Positions 25,085 to 38,677 of a stretch of DNA of 64,000 nt are shown here, piece after piece (within the stretch, counting starts at the first letter, position 1; every line of letters starts with the position of its first letter). The notes below the pieces were generated by a model that was given only the letters and a program-made list of their open reading frames with translations, was not told the origin of the DNA and made no database searches. The stretch lies in assembly GCA_035221665.1 (NCBI GenBank), contig CM069155.1, positions 4,526,001 to 4,590,000 of the forward strand, given 5' to 3'. Origin of the DNA: Okamejei kenojei (lineage: Eukaryota). The translations under genes and the position numbers were made by a program.

Positions 25085-26139
25085 TAAAAATCCAAATGCT
25101 GGAATTGAAACAAGAACAGAAAATGCTGGAAAAACTCAAGCAGCTACTGTGAAAAGAGAAATAAGTTCACATTCCAGATTAAAAACCCTTTCACCAACCT
25201 GTCAGGAAGTCCTATTCACTGATGTAATGACAGAAACTTGTCGGACAACTTGTTTACTGTAATCATAATCTGGTTTAGAATTCTGTAGCCAGATTTAACA
25301 ATGAGGACTCCTCTTGCCTTTTTTTGGGATCTTGTTAGCACTGGCTAGATAAACATGATAATTTGAAGTGTTAGAGTTAATCTATTTTTCACTAAAGCTC
25401 TGATCAATAATATATCAATAGCTAAGCTTCTTAAAATGTTGCACTGCGTAATGAAACAGACCAAATGTTTAAGCTAATTTGGCTTTTCTACAACTACTTT
25501 TCATTAGATTGTGATTCCTGCCTATGATGATATTGTGCTATCTTGCAGTCACAGTTCATTTAACGGGCAGTACAATGAGTGGCAGCATTAAACTGCCACA
25601 CGGAATCTTGCTCATAAGTTTCATAGCTTTGCTGTTCAATCAAGGGGAACCTCCATGCAAGTCATCGAGACATCCTAAAGGGTAATAAAGGATGATCCAA
25701 TAACACAAGGATACATAACTCCACAATCCTCATGCATATTGTCAGGGAATCTTTTCAAGACCAATAATGTCAGAAACCTGAAGAAAAATAATTTGGGGAT
25801 AATCCTAATATTGATGCAATAATAAAATGAAAGGCTTGACTTTAAAAAGTACTTTTATTGATATTAAACCATTCAAATGTGTTCTACAATTGTAGTCACT
25901 CTAAGTTAATAAGCACAGTAGCACACAGCAAGCTCCCACAACCAACAGAGTGAAGCCCGACACAAATTGGAGGAATAGCACCTCTTATTTTGCTTGGGCG
26001 TATTCATGGAAAGGAGTGAATCATCACTGATATCATCCACACTTTAAAAATAAATAAGGTTCATCATTATATCACATATAATTTCTTAACTGCAATGTTC
26101 TCCGCAAAATAAAACATTTTGATAATACTTGTAATATTT

Positions 26140-26241
26140 AGAAGGTAGACAAAAATGCTGGAGTAACGCAGCGGGTGAGGCGGGATCTATGGAGCGAAGG
26201 AATGGGTGACGTTTCGGGTCGAGACCCTTCTTCAGACTGAA
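26140..26241 (-). mobile_element. Penelope terminal mini-insertion with an intact hammerhead motif
   Basis: Reverse complement of 26208-26235 is CTGAAGAAGGGTCTCGACCCGAAACGTC; TSD gtaatattt (26131-26139, 26242-26250). Confidence 0.88.
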
Positions 26242-26627
26242 GTAATATTTTGATACTTCTTGTATTCATTCTGAGCTCCGCCTGAAGATGACCATTGCTC
26301 TTTTATGCTTATAACATTTTTGCAATTAAATAATGGCATTTTATGTCAGCACCAGCACTGCCTCATTGCAAGTGTATTGCTACCATACTTGAGCTCCAAA
26401 GCCAAAACAACAGTGTGAGTGATAGTAAAGAACCAACAATAAATCTGGTTGCTTAATGTTGTCATTTCCAGCTTTGAGCCGGAAAGGTTTGGGTTGAAAA
26501 ATTCCACTCAGAGGTAATGAGATCAAGAATTCAGTGCACTGCTGATGCACCATCTGCCATCTCAGTTGAATATGAAAGATTCTACCTGATGATATTGGAG
26601 TGGAGAGTGATAATCTCTAAGACAATA

Positions 26628-26945
26628 AGTTTAGTTTAGTTTGGGGATACAGCATGGAAATAGGCCACTGAGTCCACGCCAAGCCTTGATCACTTGTCCA
26701 CACTGGTTCGATGTTATCCCACTTTCTCATGCACTTCTTAAACATTTGAGGGAACTTGCAGTGGACAAACCTACAAACCTGCACATCGTTAGGGTATGGG
26801 TGGAAACTGGAGCATGTGAAGAAAACCCACGCGGTCACAGGGGGAGAATGCAAACTCCACGGGGTTAGCATTCGAGATCAGGATCTAAGCTGGGCATCAG
26901 ACACAGCGAGGCAGCAGCTCCACCTGCTGCGCTACTGCTCCACCC
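26628..26945 (-). mobile_element. HE1/V-SINE-like SINE (older copy)
   Basis: Reverse-complement tail and V-core similarity. Confidence 0.75.
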
Positions 26946-27427
26946 TTGCAGTGTCCTTTATTTAACATGATTGAAAATAATAACAGATTCGCTTGTCATC
27001 ATCACAATTCTATCTGCAATTTGACTTCGGAGTTTCTTAAAATAGATCAGATACTGCAAACGTAAAGCATTTTGAAACGTTCCAAAGTCATGGATAGTGT
27101 GGAAATTCCAATGCTGGGGGTACGGTCTTTCCGATGAGTTGCCAAGCACTATCTTCTCTTTCAAATAGACATAAAAGATCCCATGGCACGTTTTACAGAA
27201 CAACTGGGAAGAGAGTCCAGCTCTACTGGCCAATATTCATCTGTCACTGCTCATTACTCGGGCTGAGTATCTAGTCTTTAGCACATTGGGACTGCATTAT
27301 TTGCAGACTGGAAGCTGGATTTCGTACGGCATGTAATAAATAAAGTTCAAATATATATCAAAGGCTATAAAGTGATTCTGAATTCCATAACTTTCCATAA
27401 CAGTCCTTTATTTATCATTTAATTTAT

Positions 27428-27730
27428 CGATTTCCACCCATACTCCAAAGACAAACAGGTTTGTAGATTAATTGGCTTGGTATCAATGTATAAATGAATT
27501 GTCCCTGTTTAAGAAAGACTGCCGATGCTGTAAAAATCGAAGGTAGACAAAAATGCTGGAGAAAATTTGCAGGTGAGGCAGCATCTATGGAGCAAAGGAA
27601 TAGGTGATATTTTGTGTCCCTCGTGTGTGTAAGTTGGGTTGATGAGTGGGGATCACTGGTCGGTGCAGACTCGGTGGGCCGAAGGGCCTGTTTCCACGCT
27701 GTATCTCTAAACTAAACTAAAGCAAACTAC
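27428..27730 (+). mobile_element. SINE 3' half interrupted by a Penelope terminal piece (27507-27614)
   Basis: tgtccct is duplicated around the insert. Confidence 0.75.
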
Positions 27731-28399
27731 TTGGAATGCCACATACTCAATTGTCAATGGGATCTCCAGCCTGGTGTACTGTAGTATTTTTATGCAGCGG
27801 TTGGTGATCAGTACATTTGGCACCAATGTTACAACACAGTTGAAACACTCACAAAATAAGATACGTCAAATTAATATATTTGTCAGAGCTGAATTTAGCA
27901 GTAATCTTCATGTTAATGCAACAAATCAAAACATTCCACATTTTTGCTGTCTACAAAAATAACAAATTAAGTTGCAAAGATTCTCAAACATTTAAAGATA
28001 GGAAGTACCAGCAACTGGTCCTAATTAAAATATTAGGACCAGTGTGAAGAACAGGAAGCAATTATCGGTAAAACTACATCAGACCCACTGATATAGTTCA
28101 ATGATAGTAGTCGTAGCTCCAGGGGGCGCCGCACGATGGCAGCCTCGCCAACAGTCGGTCTGTCCTTTTGTCTTTTTTTGGTTATTTTTAGTGTGTTTTA
28201 AAAGTATGTGTGAGTGTTCACTGGTTTGTTTTATCTGCGGCGTTACATCGTAGAGCTGGAGGCCTTGCTCGGGGCTGACATTGAGCCCCACAGCGGGGAC
28301 GTGGACTTACCATCTGAGCCGATCCCTTGCCTGGGATCGACGCTCCAAACTCCTGCGGACTTTAACATCAAGGAGCTCGCAGTCTCGGGTGGAGACCGA

Positions 28400-28953
28400 T
28401 GTCGGGACGCTCCAAACGCCGGGTTCGATACTGACTGCGGGTGCTGTCTATACAGAGTTTGTACAGAGGAAGCCATTTAAGACTGAGGTGAGAAAAAACT
28501 TTTTCACCCAGAGAGTTGTGAATTTGTGGAATTCCCTGCCACAGAGGGAAGTTGGGGGCAAATCACTGGATGGATTTAAGAGAGAGTTAGATAGAGTTCT
28601 AGGTGGTAGTGGAATCAAGGGATATGGGGAGAAAGCAGGCACGGGTTATTGAATGGGGATGATCAGCCATGATCACAAAGAATGGCTGTGCTGGCACGAA
28701 GAGCCGAATGGCCTCCTCCTGCACCTATTTTCTGTTTCTATGTTCTCCCCGTGACCTGCGTGGGTTTTCTCCGAGATCTTCAGTTTCCTCCCACACTCCA
28801 AAGACGAACAGGTTTGTAGATTAATTGGCTTGGTGTAAATGTAAATTGTCACTAGTGTGTGTAGGATAGTGTTAATGTGCGGGGATCACTAGTAGGTTTG
28901 GACTGGGTGGGCCAAAGGATCTGTTTCAGTGCTGTATCTCTAAACTAAACTAA
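28400..28953 (+). mobile_element. SINE interrupted by a young CR1 3' end (~28466-28743)
   Basis: The SINE reads ...gagtttgtac | CR1 | gttctccccgtgacc... Confidence 0.85.
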
Positions 28954-29940
28954 ACATGATGGCTCTTTCCGTGAAACGGTTGCTACAGGGCACATAAAAT
29001 GGCAAGGATCATCAGCTGGCTATTTAATACAAAGTTAGCATCTTCTCCTCACAGACCAGTGCAGTGCTGTGGTTGGGGATGAGCCATCTGTTTGACTGTC
29101 TTCTGTAAATGGCTACGGTGATGATGATAGCAAGCCTGAGCAGGAAGCAAGTGATCCGATGAGTGGGGAGGTCAGCAGTCATCAGCCAGAGCAATCTGTG
29201 CTCTGCCTCGGACACTTAAACCCACCAGTCGCCAGATGCCCAGGAAAGTATCTCTGCCATAAAGCCTGACTCCTCTCAGGAGGAGCTGCTGTATTTACCT
29301 TCAACTAAAGAATACAATTCCATTGCACTGCACAACACACTAACATCTCTCTCTTCAATCCTATTCTCTTGGATTAAAGAACTAATCTTAAAGCTGTATT
29401 AATTTATCCAATCCCATTTCAAACATTTCTTTCATCATAATAATCATTGAAAAGTGCCCTTTTCACAGCATGAATAATAAAAAACCAATCCATTCCTCCA
29501 GTTGCATTTAAAATATTGAACATTTTATTCTTGACCTCACAGCGACCACTTATTTTCTCCCTTTATATAAAGAATGCTATAATTATATTTTTAAAAATTA
29601 TTTCAATTACCAAATAATTCACTTTCGATCATTGGTCCTGCTTTGCAAGACAATATTAGAAATCCTTCCGGAACGGGATATCATTATATCCATTCTACAA
29701 ATATTGGCAAATGGTTATATAAAAACTACATAAAGTGCCGACACTTAAAGTTATTAACGAACATTATTTAATTTTAAATTCTTGACAATCCTTTCGATGG
29801 CATCCAAAAAAGACACAAAGTGCTGGCATAACTCAGCGGGTCAGGCAACATCTCTGGAGAACATGGATAGGTGGCGTTTCAGGTTGGAACGCCACATTCT
29901 ACAAACAGCTAGACTGCAACTGTGACTATTCTAGGCACTG

Positions 29941-30198
29941 TGGTGGCATGGTGGTCAGCAGTAGAGTTGCTGCCTTACAGCACCAGGGAACAGGGTTCAA
30001 TCCTGACTACGGGCACTGTCTGTACGTGACCTGTCTGGATCTCCGTTTACCTCCCACACTCAAAAGACGTACTGATTTGTAGTTTAATTGACTTGGTATA
30101 ATTGTAAATTGTCCCTAGTGTGTGTAGGATCGCTGGTCGATGCGGACTCGGTGGGCTGAAGGGCCTGTTTCCATGCTGTATCTCTAAAAAACTAAAAA
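29941..30198 (+). mobile_element. HE1/V-SINE-like SINE
   Basis: A/B boxes, V-core and tail. Confidence 0.85.
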
Positions 30199-30792
30199 CA
30201 CTCTCGTTCATACCCCTGAATTGTTATAAATGCATAGCTGCATAGGCTAACGATTATTCACTATCATAGAGCCAGAGGGATTTTGCCTTCTGTAACCTAA
30301 GCAGGAATTTGCACTAGTGAAATATAACTCTTCAATCATTATTGGCAAATGGTTTGCTACTTCATACTTACACTTATGAAGGCCTTGACTCTCTTATAAT
30401 TTTCCTAAGGCTGATTAAATCATCTTATCGTGATTACTAAATATATCCTGTAAGACGATTGCTCAAGCAGTGGAATACAGATTAGATCCGAGTAGGAATA
30501 TTTACCACAATTATTAATGGTATATCTATTTGACAAATAATAAATTCCATCTAAATATTTAAAATAGTGCATCAGAAATGCACAGGAGCTACAGCTGGAT
30601 ACAGAGGCTACACAGTTCATACAAGATGCAAATTAGTCATAAAATGCTTCGCACTTCTGAGGTACAACCTAGAATTGACAGGTGCAATTTAATTTGCAGT
30701 TTTTCAGCAGAACTGTTAAGCTCTGAAGAACTTCAAACTAGTTCCCGCTGTAGCAATTAAATGTTCCTCCCTGAAAAGGGAGGTCATCTGTG

Positions 30793-31891
30793 TTATCCAA
30801 CTCTGCATGAGCAGCATTGTATAATATAGCCTGAAATAAAGATTCAGGCATGTCTGCCAAGGTCAGCATTGATTGTCCATTCTGAGTTGTCGGAGAAGGC
30901 ATTGAATATTTTCCTTGAACGACTTCAATCAATATGGGAAAGTTCTCTTGTGGTGCAGTTATATAAGAAGCCCACAAATTTGACCCAGGGACAATGAAGG
31001 AACCACATTTCCCAAAGTTCCTGGTGTGTATGTGGCTTGAAGAACTTGGGAATGATGTGTAGGAAGGAACTGCAGATGCTGGTTTACATCGAAGATGGAC
31101 ACAAAATGCTGGAGTAACTCAGCCGGACAGGCGGCATCTCTGGAGAGAAGGAATGGGTGATGTTTTTGGGTTGAGACCCTTCTTCAGACTCTCACTGGGT
31201 GGTGAGGTCTCTTTCCTATAGAAAAAAGCACGGAGACGAAGGGGACCCGGAACCCGTTGAGGTGGGGATGGTGGTGACCCGGATCTCATTGAGGTGGGGG
31301 CGGGGGGGAACAAAGGTGAGGCCTCTGTTGAGAACAGACCACCCCTTAATGGAAAATGGGAGGTCAGAGGAGATGGTGAAGACTTGACAAGGGTGGGGGT
31401 TGGGGTCAGAGGAGGGAGCAGGCGAGTGGACGGTGGTTGAGGCGAGGTCTGGTGGGGGGGGGGGGGTGGTGGAGGTTCAGAGTAGTTGGGGTAACCTGAT
31501 GAAAAGAGGTTCTGACTCGCTGAGTTAGGAGAAGATGTGTTTGTTGACCAGTGGGGCAAATGGTTACATGTTTGGGTGGAACCACAGATGAATTCCATGG
31601 CCTCTGTAGTTAATCCTGTGGGTACCCTGCACTGCAGACCCATGTGGTGCTGGTGATGGAGTGAGTGGATGTTCAAGGTGCTGGGTAGATGTTGATGCTT
31701 GCTTTATCCAACTCGGCATGAGCAGCACTGTATGACACAGCCTGAAATAAAGACTGAGCCATCGCTGCCGAGGTCAGCATTGATTGCACATTCTTAGTTG
31801 CTGAGGAAGGCATTGAATATTTTCCTTGAACTGTTGCAATCGATATGGAAAGTACTCTAGTAGTGCTGTTATATAACAAGCCCACAACATT
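30793..31891 (+). repeat. Diverged ~190-bp direct duplication (30793-30980 and 31704-31891) flanking a Penelope fragment (31057-~31560)
   Basis: Both copies start ttatccaactc.gcatgagcagca and share gaaggcattgaatattttccttgaac. Confidence 0.85.
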
Positions 31892-32053
31892 GTAGGTATT
31901 TTGAGTATTCTTCCGGAAAATGCAGTTATAATTTTTCAAAAAAGTGTTTGTTATTTGGATCAAGCAAATGTCAAATGCTTTTCTGATACCTAGTCTCCAG
32001 TGAATTAAACTACACAGCTGTAGAATAGAAAGCAAATTGTTTCTTAGGTATTA

Positions 32054-32597
32054 TAGAAACATAGAAACATAGAAATTAGGTGCAGGAGGAGGCCATTCGG
32101 CCCTTCGAGCCAGCACCGCCATTCATTGTGATCATGGCTGATCCTCTGTTATCAATAACCCGTGCCTGCCTTCTCCCCATATCCCTTGACTCCACTAGCC
32201 GCTAGAGCTCTATCTAACTCTCGCTTAAATCCATCCAGTGATTTGGCCTTCACTGCTCTCTGTGGCAGGGAATTCCATAAATTCACAACTCTCTGGTTAA
32301 AAAAGATTTCCTCACCTTAGTCTTAAATGACCTCCCCTTTATTCTAAACTGTGGCCCCTGGTTCTGGACTCACCCAACATTGGGAACATTTTTTCTGCAT
32401 CTAGCTTGTCCAGTCCTTTTATAATTTGATATGTTTCTATAAGATACCCCCTCATCCTTCTAAACCCCAGCGAATACAAGCCTAGTCTTTTCAATCTTTC
32501 CTCATATGACAATCCCACCATCCCAGGGATCAATCTCGTGAACCTACGCTGCACTGCCTCAAACACAAGGATGTCCTTCCTCAAATTAGGAGACCAA
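32054..32597 (-). mobile_element. Young CR1 3' portion
   Basis: VQRRFTRLIPGM..LSYEERL; (catagaaa)n. Confidence 0.92.
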
Positions 32598-32892
32598 TTG
32601 TGCAGGAGAGAAAGATAATTAAAATGTACGAGGTCAAAAAAGGCTGGGAATGGGGCAGATATTTTATTTTCTGAGAGACTTTAAAAATAGGCCCATTTAT
32701 AACTGAGGTTAACTATTTTTTTCTTGGAGGGACGCGAGACTGCGCAAATCTCTTTTGAGAATTGTGGAAGAAGAAATTTTAATTAGATTTCAAATGGAAA
32801 TAAATAGATTCTCAGTAAATAAAGTTGAAAAGTTGCCATGAATAGTAAGAGATGCAGACAAAGGTACAATTAATTCTGCCGTGATACATTAA

Positions 32893-33211
32893 AGGGCCTG
32901 TCCCACTTTCGCAACATATTCGGCAACTGCCGGCACCCATCATAGGGAGGCGAACATTTTCAACATGTTGACAATTCAGCGGCAACCAGAAAGACGCTGC
33001 GACTCTTTGGGTGACTAGGAGACTGCTCACGACCATACAGGCGATATGTCAGGGGGTGACGCCTGTATGGTCGTGAGTAGTCGCCCAAAGAGTCGTACCT
33101 TGTTCTGGTAGCCGCTGGATCTTCAACATGTTGAAAATGTTCGGCGACCTGTAACGACGTATGACGGGTGCCGGCAGTTGCCAAAAAAGTCGTGTAAGTG
33201 GGACAGGCCCT
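32893..33211. mobile_element. Harbinger/PIF-type MITE
   Basis: TIRs agggcctgtcccactt...aagtgggacaggccct with TWA-like flanks. Long subterminal inverted arms (caactgccggcaccc / gggtgccggcagttg) and an inverted internal block. Confidence 0.85.
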
Positions 33212-33551
33212 TTATAGCAAAGCAGGTACAAGAGGTTTACTCCTTATTTGTACTTATTTGCATACGTCATCCAGCATTTTTGTTTTGGGGATGGAAACAG
33301 ATTAAACTCCACAGTGTTTGTTATCATTTTATCAAACATTTCACAACTTCAATATCGTGTTACAGAATTATAGATCTATACAGTCTGAAAACAGGTCTTT
33401 CAACACAACCCGGCAATGCCAACCAAATTGGCTAACTGGTTGCTCTTGCCTGTGCCTACCCCTTATCACTCCAAACCATTCCTAAGTACAGGTGAATTTT
33501 ACATATTGTAATTGTACGCACCTCAGGACATCCCAACTCCTGTAGTCAATA

Positions 33552-33773
33552 AGTAGGAAGGAACTGCAGATGCGGGTTTAAACCAAAGATAGACACAACA
33601 TGCTGGAGTAACTCAGCGGGACAGGCAGTTTCTCTGGGGTGAAGGAATGGGTGACGGTTCGGGTCGAGACCCATCTTCAGACTGAAGTCGGGTGACTTCT
33701 TGACCCGAAACGTCTTCTCTCCAGAGATGCTGCCTGTCCCGCTGAGTTACTCCAGCATTTTTTGTGTACATCT
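33552..33773. mobile_element. Penelope terminal fold-back mini-insertion inside an old minus-strand CR1 (~33360-34380)
   Basis: TSD tgtaStcaata (33541-33551, 33774-33784); inverted hammerhead pieces. Confidence 0.82.
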
Positions 33774-34713
33774 TGTACTCAATACCTTGACCAAAAAATG
33801 TAAGCATGCCAAATGCTTATTGATCTGAATTTAACTTCCAATCTCAATCCATTTGTCGTGTTGACCAAGATTCCATAGTACTTAGATAATGGTCTTCACA
33901 GCCCACTGGATCACCAAAGTTCATGTAATCTATGAATTTACTAATCATACCACCTACATTGTCATCTAAAATATTAAAGTAAATACTAAACAACAATGAA
34001 CCCAGCACTAATCCCTGTGGAACACTACTTGTCACTTGCCTCCAGTCTGTAAAACAAGCTCATATCACCACTCTCTGCCTCCTACAGTCATCAAACTTGT
34101 ATCAAATTGGCTGGCTTATCCTGGATTCACTATGATCTAATGTTTCAGACCAACCTGCCATGTGGCACCTTACCTAGGGCCTTAATGAAGTCCTTGCAGA
34201 CAACTTCCCTCATCATTGTTCTTGGTCTTCTCTTCAAACAACACAATAAACCTTGTGGGACACGTTTCCCATGCTCAAAGTCTTGCTGACTATCTCTAAT
34301 CAGTCCCTTCAAACACATATAAATCCCGTCTCTCTGAATTCTCTCCAGCCTGTTTTCTCCACTCTCTGACAGGCATTGACTCAAGCACCAACTCCCTCAG
34401 GCACATCCCTTCAAAATGTTGCCTCTGTGTGTCTCTCTTGCAGGTGTCAGGAACTGAAAGTGTCCGTGTGCGATGGATTAAGTGCAATGACATTCTGACC
34501 AACGGCCCAAATCAAAAAGTTGCCATTGAGAATGAATATTCCAAATTCTCAGCATCCTAAAAATCTCAGCTCGCTTCACATACATAAATTGAGAATATTT
34601 TTAGCTTACTGTTGTGAGATATTATTTTTTAAATTATTTATTTCTAATAAATGTAGAAAACGAAATAAAGGTGAAAGATTGATAAACACATTGGTCCAAC
34701 AAGTTTTTCCATC

Positions 34714-34925
34714 TGAAGATAGACACAAAAAGCCGGAGTAACTCAGCGGGACAGGCAGCATCTCTGGAGAGAAGGAATGGGTGACGTTTCGGATGGAGCC
34801 ACCTTCTTCAGTCTGGTTAGGGATAAGGGAAAGGAGAGATATAGACGATGATGTAGAGAGATAATGAACAATGAATGAAAGATATGCAAAAAAGTAACGA
34901 TGGTAAAGGAAACAGGCCATGCTGT
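34714..34925 (-). mobile_element. Penelope terminal-repeat fragment
   Basis: gaagatagacacaaaa...gggtgacgtttcgg...cttcttcagtct. Confidence 0.78.
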
Positions 34926-35659
34926 TGCTTACCGTCAGGTGTAAGAATCAATCAGACACCTTGATAATGATTCAAAAGCTTTCTGCAAGCTCTTTCTTTT
35001 TCAGTAGGTGGAGAGTGTGGTGCCTGATGATCTATAAAATATGTGTAGGCTTCTCCAGTTTCACCTTGTATATCAAATTTCAGAGTTTGACCCTATATTT
35101 CTTCTCTGGCAATAGGTATTCAACAGCTGTTTGCTTGCAGAAATGACGTAATATAAAGCGGAGAACTCTGTGAGATTGCCCATGTCCCAAAGCACTCAAC
35201 GTCCCTGCATTTGAAATGTAATTATAGTCTGTTCTTGTCATTGACTTCCAGGTCTAACTCAGTGAGGATTGGAATGCAGGATGAAAGACCAAACAGAGTT
35301 TGCTCCTCATTCCGTGTGCTCTTATAGAACATATCATTCAAGCTATTTGTAAAAGGCAGCCTGTCCTTCAACAGGGCCAATGCAATTTAATTTACACTCA
35401 TTCCAAGGACATTACAGTGGCGACATTCCCATAAAATGCAGCAGCATCGGTGTGCGGAGGATAGCAGCCAGCAACGGGGAAAGGTGAAGTAAGATCAGAT
35501 GAAATATCTTTGGGAGGCAGACTGTGAGATGATCTAGTTAAAGCTTTCAAGATTATGAAGGCGTTTGACAAAATGATCAGTGAATATTGATCGCTGTGAG
35601 AGGAATATAAATAGGATTCAAATGTTAACAACTAGAAAGTTATAGTAAAGAACAAGGTT

Positions 35660-36500
35660 CATAAGGAATGTAAAATCATGAGAGGAATAGATCGGGTAGA
35701 TGCACACAGCCCCTTGCCCAGATTAGGTGAATCAAGGACCAGAGGACATAGGTTTAAGGTGAAGGGGAAAAGATTGAATCGGAATCTGGGGGGTAACTGT
35801 TTCACACAAAGGGTGATGGGTGTTCAAGGTTCAAGGTTCACATTTATTTGTCACATGCACCAAGGTGCAGTGAAATGAGTTACCAGGCAGCCATACAATT
35901 AAAAATAACACAATGCACCATAGAATTTAACGTAAACATCCACCACAGCATTCTTCACTGTGATGGAAGGCGATAAAGTTCAGTCAGTCTTCCTCCTTTG
36001 TTGTGTATGGAACACACTGCCAGAGGAGGTAGTTGAGGTGGGGACTGCCACAGCTGCCACAGCCAGACATAGAAACAGTTTTTATCCACGAGTAGATGCT
36101 CTACTCAACCGCCAAAAATCTGTAGCCTCCCTTTGATCTGGTATTTTGTTGGTTCACATGCTTGATCAATGGTGTTTTATCAATAATGTTTTATTATTAT
36201 TAATGTTTAGTGTTTTCGGAGTCATTCGTAACTGTCACTGTATGTCATGTTGCTACTTGTGTGTGGAGCATCAAGGCAAATTCCTTGTATGTGAATACTT
36301 GGCCAATAAACTTACTTACTTACTTACTTCCTTACTTACTTACTTACTATCACAATGATTAAGAAACAGTTAGACAAGTACATGGATAGGACAGGTTTGG
36401 AGGGATATGGACCAAATGCGGGCAGCTAGGACATTGTTGGCAGGTGTGGGCAATTTGGGCCGGAGGGCCTGTTCCCATACTGTATCACTATGACTCTATT
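35660..36500 (+). mobile_element. CR1 3' portion interrupted by two other LINE 3' tails (~35821-36000 minus; ~36050-36346 plus with (ttac)n tail)
   Basis: SRTRGHRFKVKG..FTQRVMGV resumes as gtgtatggaacacactgccagagg, and again at 36350. Confidence 0.75.
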
Positions 36501-37424
36501 TTTAATTTACCATGTGATGATTAACTTATGATGTACTAATGATGTTAATGATGGGCTCGGGAGACAAAGAGGTCACCGGACAGGCAAGGAGTGGAGGGAT
36601 TTGTTGCAATGGTAGGTGGGTTGGGTTGGTTACAGAGCCAAAGAGTCATAAAAAGACCCTTCAGCCCATCAAGTCTAGCAATCAAGCACCCGCCTACACT
36701 CGTCCTATTTTATTCTCCAACGTTTCCATCAATTCATCCCCAAATCCGGCATTCACCTACAACGCAGCCCCTCGCAGTGGCCAATGGTCTGGATCCAGCA
36801 TCCCTTTGGGATGTTGCAGTTTGCTGGAGCACCAGGAGGAAGAAACATGCACTCACTAGATCGTGCAATGCACACACAGGCTGCACAGGGATTTATTCAA
36901 GAGAATACATTTATTGTCGTTGGAAATGTTGGAAATTATAAAATGGGATTGTATAGTTTTGTAAGTAATGTTTTCTGTCTCTGAAATTCCTATTTTAATG
37001 GAAAAAGAAGCAAATGAATAACAGGAGCAACTGATTTTGAAAATGTTTTGAAAATGCAACTTATGTAATGGCTTGTTAGTTTTAAGGGAGAAAATGATCG
37101 ATCTTCCATATTGGGGAATTTCTGTTGCTTAATACTTTGGGTAATCTGACAAAATGGACAAAAGACAGTAACTACTCTCCCAAGGGTTTTGCTTGTAACA
37201 CTTTTAATGTACTTATTGACTGTTAACATCCTTGCTGATATAAAGAACAGCATCCTACAATAAATCAAACAGTATTGATATTCACTGTGTGTCCTCACTG
37301 CCAGATCCTCCTGCATAATACAGCACCTTCAAGTATGCTGTACTCCTCCAGAACCACACTGAATCCTCAGCCTAGATTTGTGTTTTCAAGACTGGTGAGA
37401 TACCGGAATGAAATCTGGAAGAAA

Positions 37425-37882
37425 TTGCAGTGAATTGTGCATCCCAGACCATCACACAAACCAACCTCCCTTCTATTGACTCCATTTATACCTCAAGCTG
37501 CCTCAGCAAGGCCAGCAGCATAATCAAGGGCATGTCGCACCCTGGCCACTCCATCTTCTCCCCTCTCACATCGTGCAAAAGGTATAGAAGTGTGAAAACG
37601 CACACCTCCAGATTCGGGGACAGTTCTTTCCCAGCTGCTATCAGGCAACTGAACCGTCGTACCACAACCAGACAGCAGTGCTGAGCAACTATCTACCTCA
37701 TGGGCTATCCTTGATCAGACTTTACTAGCTTTCCCTTGCACTAAACGTTACTCCCTTATCATGCATCTGTACACTGTGACTGGCTGGATTGTAATCATGT
37801 ATTGTCTTTCCACTGGCTGGAGTGCACGCATCAAAAACATTTCACTGTACTTTGGTACAATAAACTAAACTGAACTGAACTG
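37425..37882 (+). mobile_element. Rex1/Babar-type LINE 3' end
   Basis: HPGHSIFSPL...KRYRSVKTHTSRF; (actga/ctaaa) tail; homologous to 6748-7245. Confidence 0.75.
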
Positions 37883-38559
37883 TATCCAGAGAGGAAAGTT
37901 TATTCCATCAGAGCTGAGCCTGATACCCATTTTGCAAAACATGTGTCAGCTCATGATACAGTACAGGAACAGCCCTTTAGCTCAATGAGTTTGTGCCAAT
38001 CATCAAGCATTAATTTACATTCATCCTATTTTATTCTCCCCACATTTCCATCAACACCTTTCTAATTCTATCCACATGTATCCACATGTAGATACTCAAG
38101 GCAAATTCCAGTGACCAATGGAACTACCATCCCTTTTAAACGTGTGAGAAAAAAGAATACCTAGAAGAAACCCATATAGGAAGAAAGTTCCAAGTAGTTA
38201 GGAGATCCTAGATTGTGTGACAGCATCTTTAAGCCCCTGTCCCACTTTCACGACCTAATTCACAACCTGTGACAACCTTAAACGATCTAAAAAAAATCAA
38301 GGTTGCGGTAACCTAGGAAGTCCTATGACATTCCACGATTATGTCTACGACCTCCTACGACTATGTTGAAGACCTCCCACGACTATGAAGAAGACCTCCT
38401 TCGACCTCCTTCGACTTTGTTGAAGACTGACTTCGACCTTGTACGTTTTAACTGCTGTTTGCAGGAGCCCTTTTGCTTCAGCAGCCTTTTAAGAAAGGCA
38501 GAAGGGGAAGAGCAAGGGTGAAGAGGGAGCACAAGAAGAGGTCTCAATGGGTGAATGGA

Positions 38560-38677
38560 GATGATGTGATGGACTGTCCCAGTACACCAGATGACTGGAA
38601 GAGAGCGGCGCTGGGCTTTGACAAAAGATGGACCTTTAAGCACACATGTGGGACAGTGGATGGCAAGCATGCCATTC
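38560..38677 (+). pseudogene. Harbinger DDE transposase fragment
   Basis: CPSTPDDWKRAALGFDKRWTFKHTCGTVDGKH matches the HARBI1/Harbinger 'P.t.eeW..ia..F...w.fp.c.GaiDGkH' block containing the first catalytic Asp. Confidence 0.85.

Noticed and set aside
24632-25262. ORFs spanning X runs
   Set aside because: Caused by the assembly gap.
30738-32035. Paralogous-looking minus-strand peptides (VQGKYSMPS...AAHAELD)
   Set aside because: They reflect the nucleotide duplication. Frames differ upstream and many changes are non-synonymous, so there is no sign of coding constraint.
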